DNA of 64,000 nt from Malacoraja senta (taxonomy: Eukaryota). Under the pieces are notes generated by a model, which was not told the DNA's origin, searched no databases, and saw only the letters and a list, made by a program, of their open reading frames with translations. The stretch covers positions 17,484,001-17,548,000 of the forward strand of contig CM075981.1 of assembly GCA_038087875.1 (NCBI GenBank), read 5' to 3'. Position numbers and translations under genes: made by a program. Positions 49,160-62,690 of the stretch are shown in pieces. Within the stretch, counting starts at the first letter, position 1; every line of letters begins with the position of its first letter.

Positions 49160-51908
49160 TGTAGATGATAAATGCATGTGCCATTAAGATAGTGACCTCA
49201 TCACTACTAACCACTCCCCATATCACAAGTATAATTTCAACCAACCCACCCACATATCGCTCTCTGGTCCCTGTGATAGACCACGTACAGCTAGTGTTTT
49301 CGATAATGCTGCAGTATAAATAAAAGAAGTAAAGTAACTATGTGTCGATAACACTTCTTTACATGGTGTCAGAAGTGGGATTCGAACCCACGCTTCCAGT
49401 TGGAGAAGACATCCCGGCGATGGCAGCCGTTTTCTGCGGGTCGGGTTTCAGCCCCGAGGCAGTGAATACATGCCCAACATACGTGACCTCCGGGACGCGG
49501 AATCGGCACTTCTTGGGGTTCAGTTTCAAGTTGATTTTCCGGTCCCGGTCTAGGACTTGGCGGAGGTGGAAGTCGTGTTCGGCGACATCCTTACCGTAGA
49601 CCAGGATGTCGTCAACGATGATGGCGCACGGTAGACCGGTAAACAGCTGCTCCATTGTACGTTGGAACACCTCGCTTGCAGAGTTGATTCCGAATGGCTT
49701 TCGGAGGAACCGAAATCTGACGAAGGGGGTGCTGAAAGTTGTCAAGATGGAGGACTGCCCGTCAAGCGGTATCTGCCAGATGGAGCTCTTGGCATCGAGG
49801 ACAGAAAAGATTGTGGCCGGACCAACCTGTGCAGCGAAGTCCTCTACTGTTTTCATAGGGTAGTGCGGGCGTTTAATGGCCAGTTTGAGATCTTTGGGGT
49901 TGATGCAAATGCGGACTTCGCTTTTGTCCTTTTCCGCGGCAACAACCCCTGGGCGACCCGCTTGTCACCATTCTCAACAAATCGATCCATGTTGCCTCAT
50001 CCCGCCTGCAGCGCATGATGCTGCAGCTCCAGCGCTTCACTTTCGAAGTGGTTTATCGTAAGGGCAAGGACATGTTCGTGGCCAACACGTTGTCCCGCGC
50101 CCCGCTAACATCCACCGATCGCCACCCCTATGAAATGTCTGACCTGTTGGTGCTCCATGTGAATATTGTCCCTTCACAGAAGATTAAGTTCCTGGTTGAA
50201 ATCACTGCCAATGATCCTGCCCTGCAACAGCTTTCTGCCATCATCCAGCAGGGCAGGCCCGACCGCCGTTCCGCTTTGCCGGCTGGCGCCGTGCCCTACT
50301 TCCTGGTCCGCGATGAGCTCGTACTACACGACGGCGCGGTGGTGAAGGGTCACAAGGTTGTCGTGCCTGCTGCGCTCCACGACCACTATTTTCAGGTCGC
50401 TCACCGCGGTCATCCTGGGGTCGAAGCCACCTCGTCTCACGCCAAGAGCCAGTTCTACTGGCCTGGTATGGCTCAATACATCCGGGAGAGGGTCTCCTCG
50501 TGTTCCACATGCAAGAGTCTCGCCCCCCACCAGCAGCGACAGCCGCTCCTGCAACAGCCTGCCCCCGAACTGCCCTGGATGGCGGTTGCCGTTGACATTT
50601 TCGAGGGGCAAGCACTTCCTGGTCGTCGTCGACTCCTACTCCAGCTGGTTCGAGGTCGACCAGCTGCACTCCCTCACCTCTTCGGCTGTTGTCGACAAGT
50701 TGGGCCATCATTTTTGCACTTTTGGCACCCCGGCCAGCCTGCAGTCGGACAATGGCAGCCAATTCACGAGCTCCGAGTTTAAAGCTTTCGCATCCAGATG
50801 GAACTTCCGCCACTTCACCAGTAGCCCTGAGTACCCTCAAAGCAACGGTCTGGCCGAGCGCGCCGTCCGTAGTGCAAAGAACTTGCTGGAACAATGTCGC
50901 TTGTCCAACTCCGACTTCTATCTGGCCCTCCTCAACCTCCGCAACATCTCCCGCGACCCTAACATGGGCTCCCCTGCTCAGCGGCTCATGTCTCGCTCTA
51001 CCAGACCCCCGATCCCGGTGACCCAGCGCTCCCTCATCCCCTCTGTCCTCAAACCTTCTGCTGTTCAGGAACGCATTGCCTTTAGGCACGATGTTCACCA
51101 GCGTTCCCATGACAGGTCCTGCCACCCACTGCCGCGACTCTTCCACGGACAGGTCGTCCGCATGCAGACCCCCTCCGGTCACTCCAAACTCGCTACCGTC
51201 GTCGGCTCTGCTGGGTCGCCCAGGTCCTATCTCGTCGACATGCGGGAACCATTTACCGCCGGACCCGCCAACACCTGCTGCTCGTCAATGAGCCGCGACC
51301 GCCTCCCGCGGATCCTTTTGCTCCCCTGCTGCAGTTTCAGCATCCGGGCGATGCTCTGCCCGGTCGCATGCCACGATCTCTACCTTCTCAGCTCCTTCCC
51401 TCCCATCCTTCTCCGGCTTGTGCCCACTCGCCTACCCGCGCGCTGCCCGCTACTGAACCCTCATCTCCTCCTGCCTTTCTGCCCTTGTCTATTCCGTCGC
51501 CTCCCGGTTCCCCCATTCTAGTTCGTCGGTCCTCACCTGTGCCGCTTCTTCCTGCCGGAAGGAAGGATGGCGAGATGCGAACCCGGTCGGGACGTGTTGT
51601 CAAGCCGCCTGTCCGATATGGTGATTTTGCTTAACTGATTCTAGCGCATGAGACGTGGTCGCCCTGTCACTATTGTGTTTGCCTTTTGTTTCGAAGGAGA
51701 AGGTTGTAGATGATAAATGCATGTGTCTTTAATATAGTGACCTCATCACTACTAACCACTCCCCATATCACAAGTATAATTGCAACCTCCCCACCCACAT
51801 ATCGCTCTCTGGTTCCTGTGATAGACCACGTACAGACAGTGCTTTCGGTAATGCTGCAGTATAAATAAAAGAAGTAAAGTAACTATGTGTCGATAACACT
51901 TCTTTACA
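49160..51908 (+). mobile_element. Rearranged Ty3/Gypsy LTR retrotransposon (gag/PR missing, RT inverted, integrase present)
   Basis: TG..CA LTRs 49160-49363 and 51705-51908; 5-bp TSD AGAAG; PBS at 49364; PPT 51693-51703; RT on minus strand 49405-49995 (LDAKS..WQIPL, IVDD); IN HPG..CxxC, SDNG.QF, SNGLAER. Confidence 0.95.
49364..49406 (-). tRNA. Extended copy of tRNA-Leu(CAA) 3' half including CCA (over-long PBS; not a gene)
   Basis: Reverse complement gcgtgggttcgaatcccacttctgacacca = T-arm, acceptor stem and CCA of vertebrate tRNA-Leu(CAA). Confidence 0.85.
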
Positions 51909-53039
51909 AGAAGGTTCAATGGTTGGGTATTAATGGTGGAGTAGCAAGATGGATTCAACAGTGGCTGAATGGGAGACGACAGAGAGTAATGGTGGATGGC
52001 TTTTTGTCAGGTTGGAGGCCGGTGACTTGTGGGGTGCCTCAGGGGTCTGTGTTGGGTCCACTGTTGTTTGTTATCTACATCAATGATCTGGATGAGGGTG
52101 TGATAAATTGGATTAATAAGTATGCAGATGATACTAAGATTGGTGGTGTTGTGGATAATGAAGTAGATTTTCAAAGTCTACATGGAGATTTAGGCCATTT
52201 GGAAGAGTGGGCTGAAAGATGGCAGATGGAGTTTAATCCTGATAAGTGTGAGGTGCTACATCTTGGCAGGACAAATCAAAATAGGACGTACATGGTAAAT
52301 GGTAGCGAACTGAGGAATGCAGTTGAACAGGGGGGATCTAGGAATAACTGCATAGTTCACTGACGTTGGAATCACATGTAGATAGGGTGGTAAAGAAAGC
52401 TTTTGGTGTGCTGGCCTTTATAAATCAGAGCATTGAGTATTGAAGTTGGGATGTAATATTAAAATTGTACAAGGCATTGGTGAGGCCAATTCTGGAGTAT
52501 GGTGTCCAATTATAGGGAATATGTCAATAAAATAGAGAGAGTACAGAGGAGATTTACTGGAATTTTGATTGGGATTCAGCAACTAAGTTACAGAGAAAGG
52601 TTGAATAAGTTAGGTCTTTATTCTTTGGAGCGCAGAAGGTTAAGGGAGGACTTGACTGAGGTCTTTAAAATGATGAGAGGGATAGGCAGAGTTAACGTGG
52701 ATAAGCTTTTTCCATTAAGAGAAGGGAAGATTTAAACAAGAGGACATGATTTGAGAATTAAGGGTTAGAACTTTAGGGGTAACATGAGGGGGAACTTCTT
52801 TACTCAGAGAGTGGTAGCTGTGTGGAATGAGCTTCCAGTGGAAGTGGTGGAGGCAGGTTCGATTTTATCATTAAAACCTAAATTGGTCAGGTATATGGAC
52901 GGGGAAGGAATGGAGGGTTAGGGTCTGAATGCAGTAGATGGGATAAGGGGAGAATAAGTGTTCGGCACGGACTAGAAGGGCCGAGATGGCCTGTTTCCGT
53001 GCTGTAAATGTTATATGGTTATATGGTTATATGGTATAA

Positions 53040-55020
53040 CAACAGAATGAAGAGTCCTTTAAAACGGGCAGAGTCGAATGTGTAACATGTGCTAAGCAGA
53101 TGGTATCCGAAACGTTATTAACAGAGTCAAAGGGTGCAATAGCAGGATAGATATGATGAACATCTATTAACAAAATCAATTGTATTAAACTTTGATCACT
53201 TAACAGCGTTTTGCCTAATACATTCTGAGATCGTGTTGCTATCCTGCAAGTTCAATGATCCTGCTCTAGTTTGTGTCCCAGATTACAATTTATCAGATGT
53301 TTGCGATGTTTTTGGAGCTGATATGCATGTTCTCAGATGTAGATTTATTGGGCATTCTTATCAATGTCTCTACTCGCCATAGAATGAAAATGGAGCAATG
53401 GATGACTGAAGGTGGCATTTGATTTAATGCGCGCAGCGGTTTCGCATATTTTATTGGACTCTAAATGAACTGCCTTTGCATTCAAAATGAATTCTTTAAC
53501 GATACATTCTGCACGTGCATTACAATGCTAAATTATTCCAGTTACCCAGTCGTGTAACTTGTCCCTATATTTAATATAAATGCTACAATTTTGTACTTTC
53601 GTTATGCGTGAACACGTTCAGAAAATTTCATGGAAGTTGCACCGTCATCATCTTTCTGTATGCGAATGAAATGCAAGTGTGATTGGCGAGTCACAGCAAA
53701 GGGAATGCGAGTCACAGCGTGCAGTCAGAAATACATTTATGACATGATCCTTTTGGGTAAAATGCCACATTATAATGATACACATTGATCCATAGCCACA
53801 AGTCAATAGACAATAGGCTATAGACAATAGACAATAGGTGCAGGATTAGGCCATTTTGCCCTTCGAGCCAGAACCGCCATTCAATGTGATCATGGTTGAT
53901 CATCCCCAATCAGTACCCCGTTCATGCCTTCTCCGCATATTCCCTGACTCCGCTATTTTTAATAGTCTTACCTAGCTCTCTCTTGAATGCATCCAAAGAA
54001 CCTCCCTCCACCGCCCTCTGAGGCAGAGAATTCTACAGACTCACCACTCTCTGTGAGAAAAAATGTTTCCTCGTCTCCGTTCTAAATAGCTTACTCCTTA
54101 TTCTTAAGCTGTGGCCCCTGGTTCTGGACTCCCCCAACATCGGGATCGTGTTTCCTGCCTCTAGCGTGTCAAAAACCTTAACAATCTTATACGTTTCAAT
54201 GATAACCCCTCTCATCCTTCAAAACTCCAGAGTGTACAAGCCCAGCTGCTCCATTCTCTCAGCATATGACATTCCCGCCATTCCGGGAATTAACCTTGCA
54301 AACCTACGCTGCACTCCCTCAATAGCAAGAATGTCGCTGCTTAAACCACTACTTCACAAAATCACATCAATTATATACTTCCATTTAAAAGCAATCTTCT
54401 ATTCAGTTTACTGTGATGTACTCCCGAAATACAAGTAAATAGAATGACCTTCATGAATTCATGCCCTTATGAATTGATTTGCTGTTCATGGAGAAAACAC
54501 GCAAAGGGATTAGTATAATTATGCGCCTGCATATATGCAGTTGGCTCAAGACCGAATTCAGCTCTTAATCCAGATAATAGGTGATGATAGGAATACAGTA
54601 TGTTAGCGAGAGCACCGAATTGTACAACAATAGTGGAAAAGTGGATGCTGCAAATCAGAGACTGAGAGACCAACATTGCATTTATATTTCAAATAGCATA
54701 TTACCGTTTATTTTACTCTCACCTTTACGTTGGAGATCCGCTGTTGAATAGATAACATTTGTTATTGAATGTCGAACAAAAACTTTGAAAAACACATTTA
54801 TATATTTCACAGCACTGGATGCTCTGCGTCTTAAAGATTATTTTTCCGGTCTCTTTCACAACTATCCCGGGGAAATGCAGTCAACAATTCGACTGGAAAG
54901 AACGGAGCTTGTGCATTAGGAACCTGCATTTTCATATGATGCGACTTTGCTGTGTTAAGATGCACATATTTGTTGGTCACGATACTTATCCAAACGATCC
55001 TCGTTCTGTGTAAATAACAC
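53040..55020 (-). pseudogene. Possible N-arm fragment of RNF213-like pseudogene (split by CR1 53803-54335)
   Basis: Unique AT-rich DNA; EYI..LNRRLLL (~54380-54425) loosely resembles EFIY..VNRCLF of the CBM20-like N-arm; weak. Confidence 0.3.
53803..54335 (-). mobile_element. CR1 3' end
   Basis: (caataga)n tail, ETYKIVK..GESRTRGHSLRI. Confidence 0.92.
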
Positions 55021-58000
55021 ATTTAAGTCTATCCTTCATCATTTCTCCGAATTCTGGCAACTTATTTGTCCACCAACCTTTATTCCTGTTCACTGGGTAA
55101 GGGCACAGATACGTTTTCCTCAACACGTCAGCGCAGCAAAGAAATACATATTCAAATCAGTACGAACATTATTTTTCCCTATATATGGTTATATTGCACC
55201 TTACCGATCCATAGCCATAAATGATCGCCCTCCCATTTCTATTATCAAAAAAGAACATCTGCGCCCTATCTGTTCTGTCCGACCCGTATCACGTTGTAAT
55301 GCTCCATCAGATATTCATTCAGCAATTTCCTCCCTAAATAAAACAGTGTCATTTATATATTGTAATCTATTGTTGAGCGACTTAACACAAATTTTATAAA
55401 TCATTTGATTTAATGCTTTCAGAAGTCTCTTGAGGTCCTCATACTCTTCACGAAACACGGCGAATGTATGTTCACATAATATACCGGACGCGTCCTGACA
55501 AGTTGTATTTGTTGTTTGGTATTACATCTCCAGCTCTGAGTCTTCGACTTTGCCTACAAAACGTAAATCTGTTCGTGTTAACTATTATTTTTAACTTATT
55601 CTGTCATTTTCAGAAATTAATGCCAGCACAGGAGTCCATGGTATACGATGGTACATGTAACTTTGCCCGATTAGCCATATATGGTTCACACCGTTCCGAA
55701 GAATCCCAAAGCGTGTACCTGTGCAACTGTTTTTTAATGTTATATGGTGACTTCCTCAACTACACACTGTGATAGATTATTTAATTTGCCTACTGCCCTG
55801 TGAGTGAAATAGTTGCCCCCAATTTCCTATAATTTTCTTCAGCTTTCACCTTAAGTTATGTCCCATGGCTCTTCATTCCCCTATACTGGGTAAAATATTA
55901 TTGACACTCAATCTGCCCACCCCTCTCATGATTGTGTGCACATTGATATGATCGCCCGTTTTCATCCTACGGCCGAAGGAATGACGCCCAGCTTCCCCAA
56001 TCTCTCCCTATAGCTTAGACACTCAAGTCTTGGCAACATCCTCGTAAAAGCCAGGTTGCAGTCAACATCCCGGGAACATCCTTGTAAATATTCCCTGCAC
56101 TCTTTCCGGAAGAAGGACAGTCTTCACAACAACGTATTTCTAAAAATGAACACCATACTCCAAATGCGGCATCGCGAATATCTTGTACAACGGTAACATG
56201 AAGTCCGAGCTTCTTTATTCATTGCCCTGAATGATTAAGACTTATCAACGAAACAAACGTATTTAGAACCCTCTCTAACTGTGACGCCACTTTCAGGGAA
56301 TTGCGTCCTCCAAGGGATGGCATCCACAGGATGTGCCCTAAAGTAATTCTGCTCTACAACATACCCCATGGTCCGAACATTCACTGTGAATATGTTGCCC
56401 TGGTTTCATCTCTCAAACGCATCATCTCACAATTATCTTCATTGAACTCTGTTAGTTCGTTTTCAGAATTGTAAAATAATATTCTGGAAGTTCATGAGCC
56501 AAATCAGAGACTGGCGCAGTCAGCTGTTCAAGATCACGCTATATTTTTTGATAATCATCTTAACGATCTCGGATACCACTTATTTAGTGTCATCTGCAAA
56601 CTTACTAACCATGTCCCAAACATTTTCATCGAAATCGTTGATGTAAACCACAAACAACAATGTACCCAGCGCCGATCTCGAGGGCACACCATAAGGCACA
56701 GGCTTCAAGTGCGACAGTCCAACTCTCACGATCAGCCTCTTCTATGAATCGAATGTTGTCTCTCTGCAGCTAGCTCTCCCCGGATGCAATATGATCTAAC
56801 GTTCTTGGTGATCTGACCATGCAAATCCTTATCAAAGGCCTCACTGAATTCCATGTAGAAAACGTCGACTTGTTTGCCCTCTTCAGAATTGTTGATTACT
56901 TAAAAAAAAAAAATTACAACGGAGTACTCACTTTCCTGTAGACTGAAAAAAAATACCCATGAAGCCCATGGGAACGTAACAGATTCAACGTTGCGTTACG
57001 AATGATATCAACGTCTCCTTTATGCTATAGTCCTTAATAGTGCTGTCAATCCTACAATGGGTTACCTGATCAGAATATCTGAGTAGTTTATGGTCTATTT
57101 AAATGTAAGCTGTTACATCATCAAATTGCCCAATTGCCGCCATATCAATTGAGGGACATAATTTGCAATTGCTGTTTAGAAGAAAAAAAACCATCGATTA
57201 CTTCCTGTACTCCGGCTCCACTTACTTATAGAAACTGCGTTCAAAAATTATGACCAATGCTGCGCCGATTACCGGTTTACTTCCCTTGTAGTCCGGCATG
57301 CACTCATCTGGCACTGACAACTCACAGTCATTCAATCTATCTGAAGTTTGGGAAAACTGTTTACTTCTACTCCATAATTTCTCCATTGCCAGGATTATCT
57401 AGTGTTACGGTATTGGAAACCCGGCTTTATTTTGCCTGTTGCGTGTGTAGTAAAGTTAGAATGCGCTCATTACTCGCAATCCGCCTATCCCAATTTATTT
57501 AAATTTTATTTCGCCTGAATATTTTGTAATTCCTATTTACAAAGTGTCACTTAATTTATGCTCCATTCTCTTTTTTTCCATTCGTCAACTAGTGTGCTCA
57601 GGATTTCTTTCCGATCCTGTGCACATCCTGGAAACGCACAGTCACTTTATCTGAACCATCTTCCTTGTAAGTAATCCAAAGGCCCTTTCCCGAACCTACC
57701 CAGACCACATTCGCTCTTATACCAGAAAAGTTGAGCTATTTGAACTTTGATTGTTTTTCCACGTTGAAATTATTTTCACATTTTATCTTTCAAATATAAT
57801 CCTTAAACGTTATTACTATTATCTCCAGAATATTGGCGGATAGGAACTTGGTGCTTTTGCGCTTGTCAAGACAAACATATTCTGTGTTGCCTTTACACAC
57901 TCTTCATCCTCGTTGACTTATTTCAAAATAACTAACAAATTTACATCACAATAATTAGAATCTCAAACTAAGTACACCACTGGTTTCTTCCCGTTTCCTG

Positions 58001-58200
58001 AGATTCCAGTCTAGTTTGCTCCTCTACGTCCCACTTTTTCTTGGATCCGCACAAATAGTCAATCTTCTTCAACGCATTCTAGCACCCACCGACTAAGGAT
58101 GCAGCGACAAAGTCCTTGCACATATTGTGATCAACTTGTAAGGTTACGTATTTTCCGGAAGTGTGCCTAGCATGAACACCTCTCAGAGCACAACAATTGC
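55020..58200 (-). mobile_element. Very old CR1 fragments (ORF1/EN piece, RT and linker)
   Basis: gtgtcatctgcaaac (FADD), ALVIIF, DHNM remnants; many stops. Confidence 0.7.
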
Positions 58201-58479
58201 ACTTTCTGAAGAGCTTGCAAGGGCATTTTGCGTTATCGGTCTTTGTTTCTAATTATACCACATCACAGGATCAGCTGGAAAATTGTATTGTCTTGAAGGA
58301 AAGGCGATTGTTGCAGGATCCTCCTGTGACTGCTCTCTTCAAAATGTACACCGTTTCGATACTCGAAGGAATTGCCTATCAGGAGGAAATGATAGCAAAG
58401 ACATTATTGTTAGCACCACTTCTCACTCTGTTCAGCAGCTGAGTGGATCAAAGTCTAGGCTAGCTGTGTGGAGCCAAAA

Positions 58480-59020
58480 GGCATACAACCGTACAATACA
58501 GAAACATATTCGACTCAATTTGCCCATGCCAACACTACTATAAGTAGCAGCAGCCCGCGTTATATCGTATCCTGCTAAACCTCTACTTTCAAATGTCCCA
58601 ATGTGTTTTAAATGTTGTTAAACTACCTGCTTCAACTACGTACTTTGGCAGTTCGTTCCATATACCCACAGTCCCATGGGTGGAAAGAGTTGCCCGTCTG
58701 TTGCTGTTCAATTATTGCCCTTTCTGCCTAAACGCATGTCCACTGGAAGTAACATTCGCCTCCTCTTGGTAAAATACGATGTGCATTCACACTATTCCAA
58801 GATATTGTCTGAATAGTATCGATACGAAGAGTTGGACGGAATTGGAATGTCTTCTCTGGAATGCCAAAATATATTGACAGACTGAAATTGATATATATAT
58901 ATATTTATTAGTGGCATCGGTTTTACTAGGGGTTTAGTGGCATTTATTAGTGCAGATATTCAGAGACATTTTCCAGGTAGAAATGTCAAATCGGGCATTA
59001 AATTATTGTGAGTGTTGAAG
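58480..59020. mobile_element. Old CR1 3' fragments in opposite orientations
   Basis: tgcttcaactac..gcagttcgttcca (minus) then ttctctggaatgcc (plus). Confidence 0.55.
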
Positions 59021-59559
59021 TCTAAAGGCCATTTCTGACGCGATTTTCTTGTTTTTGTGTGCATCTGGTAAATGTGTCGAATGTAGTTCCAGGTCACGTG
59101 AAAGCAGCGAATGAGATAGGCAAGTGGGATTCATGAATACACGATAGGCCCATTTGCCATGGGCCTTTGAACACATTCTTGTGCTGCACCAACATTGTAT
59201 GACGTGAAGCTGTTTTTCTTGATATTTCACATGCAGTACTACGAGCTATTTGTCTATTGCGAATTCTTCGATATAGACCATATATATAAACCAGATTTCG
59301 CCTCAATTATATGCTAGCACCAATTAAGTGCTCGAATCATCACTAAATATCTCTGGCATTCTTCTCACTTGGGATCAATTTGAGCATGCACACTCCTTTT
59401 GATCGCTCCCATCTTCTTCTATAACGTAATTTGTGATCCACTTCTAACATGTTCGTAATCATACTGAACATCATTGCACCTAACTATTTACTCGGATTGT
59501 CTCTCCACAGATACTGGAAAACTGAAGTTAATTTATAAAGTATTTTCTTTCGAGTTCAA

Positions 59560-60310
59560 ATTGCGTGCATCTACATGTTCTCACAGTGAATGCCAGGGCC
59601 ATCGGGAATGTTGTGGAGCAGAGCGATGTAGGAGTGCTGATACATAGTTCACTTAATGTGGCATCACATGTAGATAGGTGGTTCGGAAGGTACTTGCTTC
59701 ATTTGTTTTAATCAGACGGGACATTGAGTACAGATGTCGGGATCTGACGTTACATTTGTAGATATCGTTGTCGAATGCGCATTTGTAATATTGTGTCTAG
59801 TTTTCGCAATCCTGCTATAGGAAGGTTGACGTTAACCTGAAAATGGTGCGCAAATGATTCACATCGGCTTTGACGCGACTTGAGAACCTGAGGTGTAGGA
59901 AAACGATGGGTAGGCCAGGACAATATTCCTTGAGGCGCAGCAGGTTGATGGATGATCATACAGCAATACTTAAAATCACGAGGGGAATAGACAGGGTGAA
60001 TGGCTGAAATTTTGCCGAGAGTGGGGTTAACAACAACTAGTAGACATATATTTAGGGTGAGAGGGCAATTATATAATAGAAACCTGAGGGATTAATGCTT
60101 CACACTGGGGGCTGTGTGTCTATGGAACGAGCTGTAAAAGCATCTAGGTGATACGGATAACACATCTATATGAAAAATACATTTGCACAGCTATATAGAC
60201 AGGAGATGTTTAGAAAGCTATGGAGCAAACGTAGGCAGGTAGGACCAGATAAAATGGGTCATTTTGGTCGGCATGGCCTAGTTCGGCCTGACACTGTGTG
60301 ACTCAATGAT
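59560..60310 (+). mobile_element. Old CR1 3' portion
   Basis: RT C-terminal remnants and 3'UTR. Confidence 0.7.
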
Positions 60311-60499
60311 TTCACGTCCGAAGTCCATTAGTATCTTATGACTCACATAAATCTCAAAGAAAACAAAACAGTTATGCAAACTCAGTTTCTTTTCTCTGTT
60401 TCATTTTCTGTTTCATTTTCTCGAGATCAGTTATATTACGCTACTTATCTACTGTTCCACTGGGCAAAATGACGTTGAATTGAATTCAATTGATTTAAT

Positions 60500-62295
60500 T
60501 GACAATAGACAATAGACAATAGGCAATAGACAATAGACAATAGAGATTGGTGCAGGAGTAGGTCATTTGGCCCTTCGAGCCAGCACCGCCATTCAATGTG
60601 ATCATGACTGATCATCCCCAATCAGTACACCGTTCCTGCCTTCTCCCCATATCCCCTGACTCCGCTATTTTTAAGAACCCTATCTAGCTCTCTCTTGAAA
60701 GCATCCCGAAAAAGCCTCCACCGCGCTCTGAGGCAGAGAATTCCACAGACTCAACACTCTCGGTGAGAAAAAGTGTTTCCTCGTCTCCGTTTTAAATGGA
60801 TTACTCCTTATTCTTAAGCTGTGGCCCCTGGTTCTGGACTCCCCCAACATCGGAAGCATGTTTCCTGCCTCTAGCGTGTCCAAACCCTTAACAATCTTAT
60901 ACATTTCAATGAGATCCTATCTCATCCTTCAAAACTCAAGAGTGTGCAAGCCCAGCTGCTCCATTCTCTCAGCACATGACAGTCCCGCCATTCCTGGAAT
61001 TAACCTTGTAAACCTACGCTGCACTCCCTCAATAGCAAGGATTTCCTTCCTCAAATCAGTGGACCAAAACTGCAAACAATACTCTAGGTGCGGTCTCACT
61101 AGGGCTCTGTACAACTGTAGAAGTACCTCTTTGCTCGTATATTCGATTCATCTTGTTATAAAGGCCAAAATGCCATTCGCTTTCTTCACTGCCTGCTGTA
61201 CCTGCATGCTTACTTTCATAGAGTGATGTACAAGGACCCACAGATCCCGTTGTACTTCCCCTTTTACCAACTTGACGCCATTTAGATAGTAATCTGCCTT
61301 CCTGCTTTTGCTACCAAAGTGGATAACCTCACATTTATCCGCATTAAACTTCATCAGCCATGCATCTGCCCAGTCCCCCAACCTGTCCAATTCACCCTGC
61401 ATCCTCATAGCATCTTCCTCACAGTTCACACTGCCACCCAGCTTTGTGTCATCTGCAAATTTGCTAATGTTAATTTGAATCGCTTCATCCAAACCATTGA
61501 TGTATATTGTAAATAGCTGCGGTCCCAGCACCGAGCCTTGCGGTACCCCACTAGTCACTGCCTGCCATTCTGAAAGGCACCCGTTAATCGCTACTCTTGG
61601 TTTCCTGTCTGCCAACCACTTCTCTATCCAGGTCAGCACTACCCCCAATACCATGTGCCCTATTTTTGCCCTCTAATCTCCTACGTGGGACATTATCAAA
61701 TGCTTTCTGAAAGGCCAGGTATACTACATTAATTGGCTCTCCATTGTCCATATTCCTAGCAACATCTTCAAAAAATTGCAGAAGATTAGTCAAGCATGAT
61801 TTCCCCTTCGTAAATCCACGCTGACTCGGACCGATCCTGATACTGCTATCCAAATGCGCGGCTATCTCATCTTTTGTAATTGACTCCAGCATCTTCCCGA
61901 CCACGGATGTCAGGCTAACTCGTCTATAATTCCCCGTTTTATCTCTCCCGCTTTTCTTAAAAAGTGGGATAACATTATCTACCCTCCAATAAACAAGAAC
62001 TGATCCTGATTCTATAGAACATTGGAAAATTATCACCAATTCATCCACGATTATTAGAGCCACTTTCATAAGTACCCTGGGATGCAGACCATCACGCCCT
62101 GGGCATTTATAAGCCGTCAGTTCCATCAGTCTATCCAACACCATTTCCGGTCTAATGTGCATTTCGTTCAGTTCCTCTGTCACCCCGGATCCTCTGGCCA
62201 CTACTATATCAGGAAGATTGTTTGTGTCCTCCGTAGTGAAGACAGATCCAAACAACCTGTTCAAGTCATCTGCCATTTCCTTTTTCCCTATAATA
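60500..62295 (-). mobile_element. CR1 LINE RT and 3' end
   Basis: GFTKGKSCLTNL, GVPQGSVLGP, FADDTKL, RPHLEYC; (caataga)n tail. Confidence 0.95.
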
Positions 62296-62690
62296 AATTG
62301 AATTGAATTGAATTTGAATTGAATTGAATACATTATCGTTACATATGACAAGTCACAGTAAAATACTTTGCTTGCATACCCAAGGTATACAGATTGTCGC
62401 CCATAAATGGCGCTTACAAAGTTATTAATCCACCCTCGCCGCCCTCCTGTGCTAGTATCCCCTTTATTCTTCCCCTCCCCCTCGAGCACGGCGTTCTCCC
62501 CATGGCGAGTCCTCCATTCCCCATTGTTCCCCCGCTCCCCCACAACGGTCCCTCCACGACTTGTCCCCATTGTTCTTCCGCTTCCATCACGGCAGACCCC
62601 CACACTAGATCCTCCATCGTCCATTGATCTACCCCACCTCAAGGCGATTCACACACGCCGGGTCCTCCTTTGTAAGGACATTAATTTATT
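62296..62690 (-). mobile_element. Non-LTR retroposon 3' end with (aattc)n tail
   Basis: (aattg)n on plus strand followed by a typical LINE 3'UTR (gtcacagtaaaatac..gcatacc). Confidence 0.55.

Larger units (their letters stand above)
48020..53035 (+). mobile_element. CR1 LINE (second family) ORF2 to 3' end, split by LTR element
   Basis: SDHN, KSPGPD, NYRPVSL, DFSKAF | GVPQGSVLGP, YADD; tail (ttatatgg)n. Confidence 0.93.

Noticed and set aside
49364-49406. Functional tRNA-Leu gene
   Set aside because: Only the 3' half with encoded CCA, directly after an LTR; it is a primer copy.
56900-58200. Further RNF213-like N-terminal sequence
   Set aside because: Translates to decayed CR1 EN/linker motifs (DHNM, ALVIIF).
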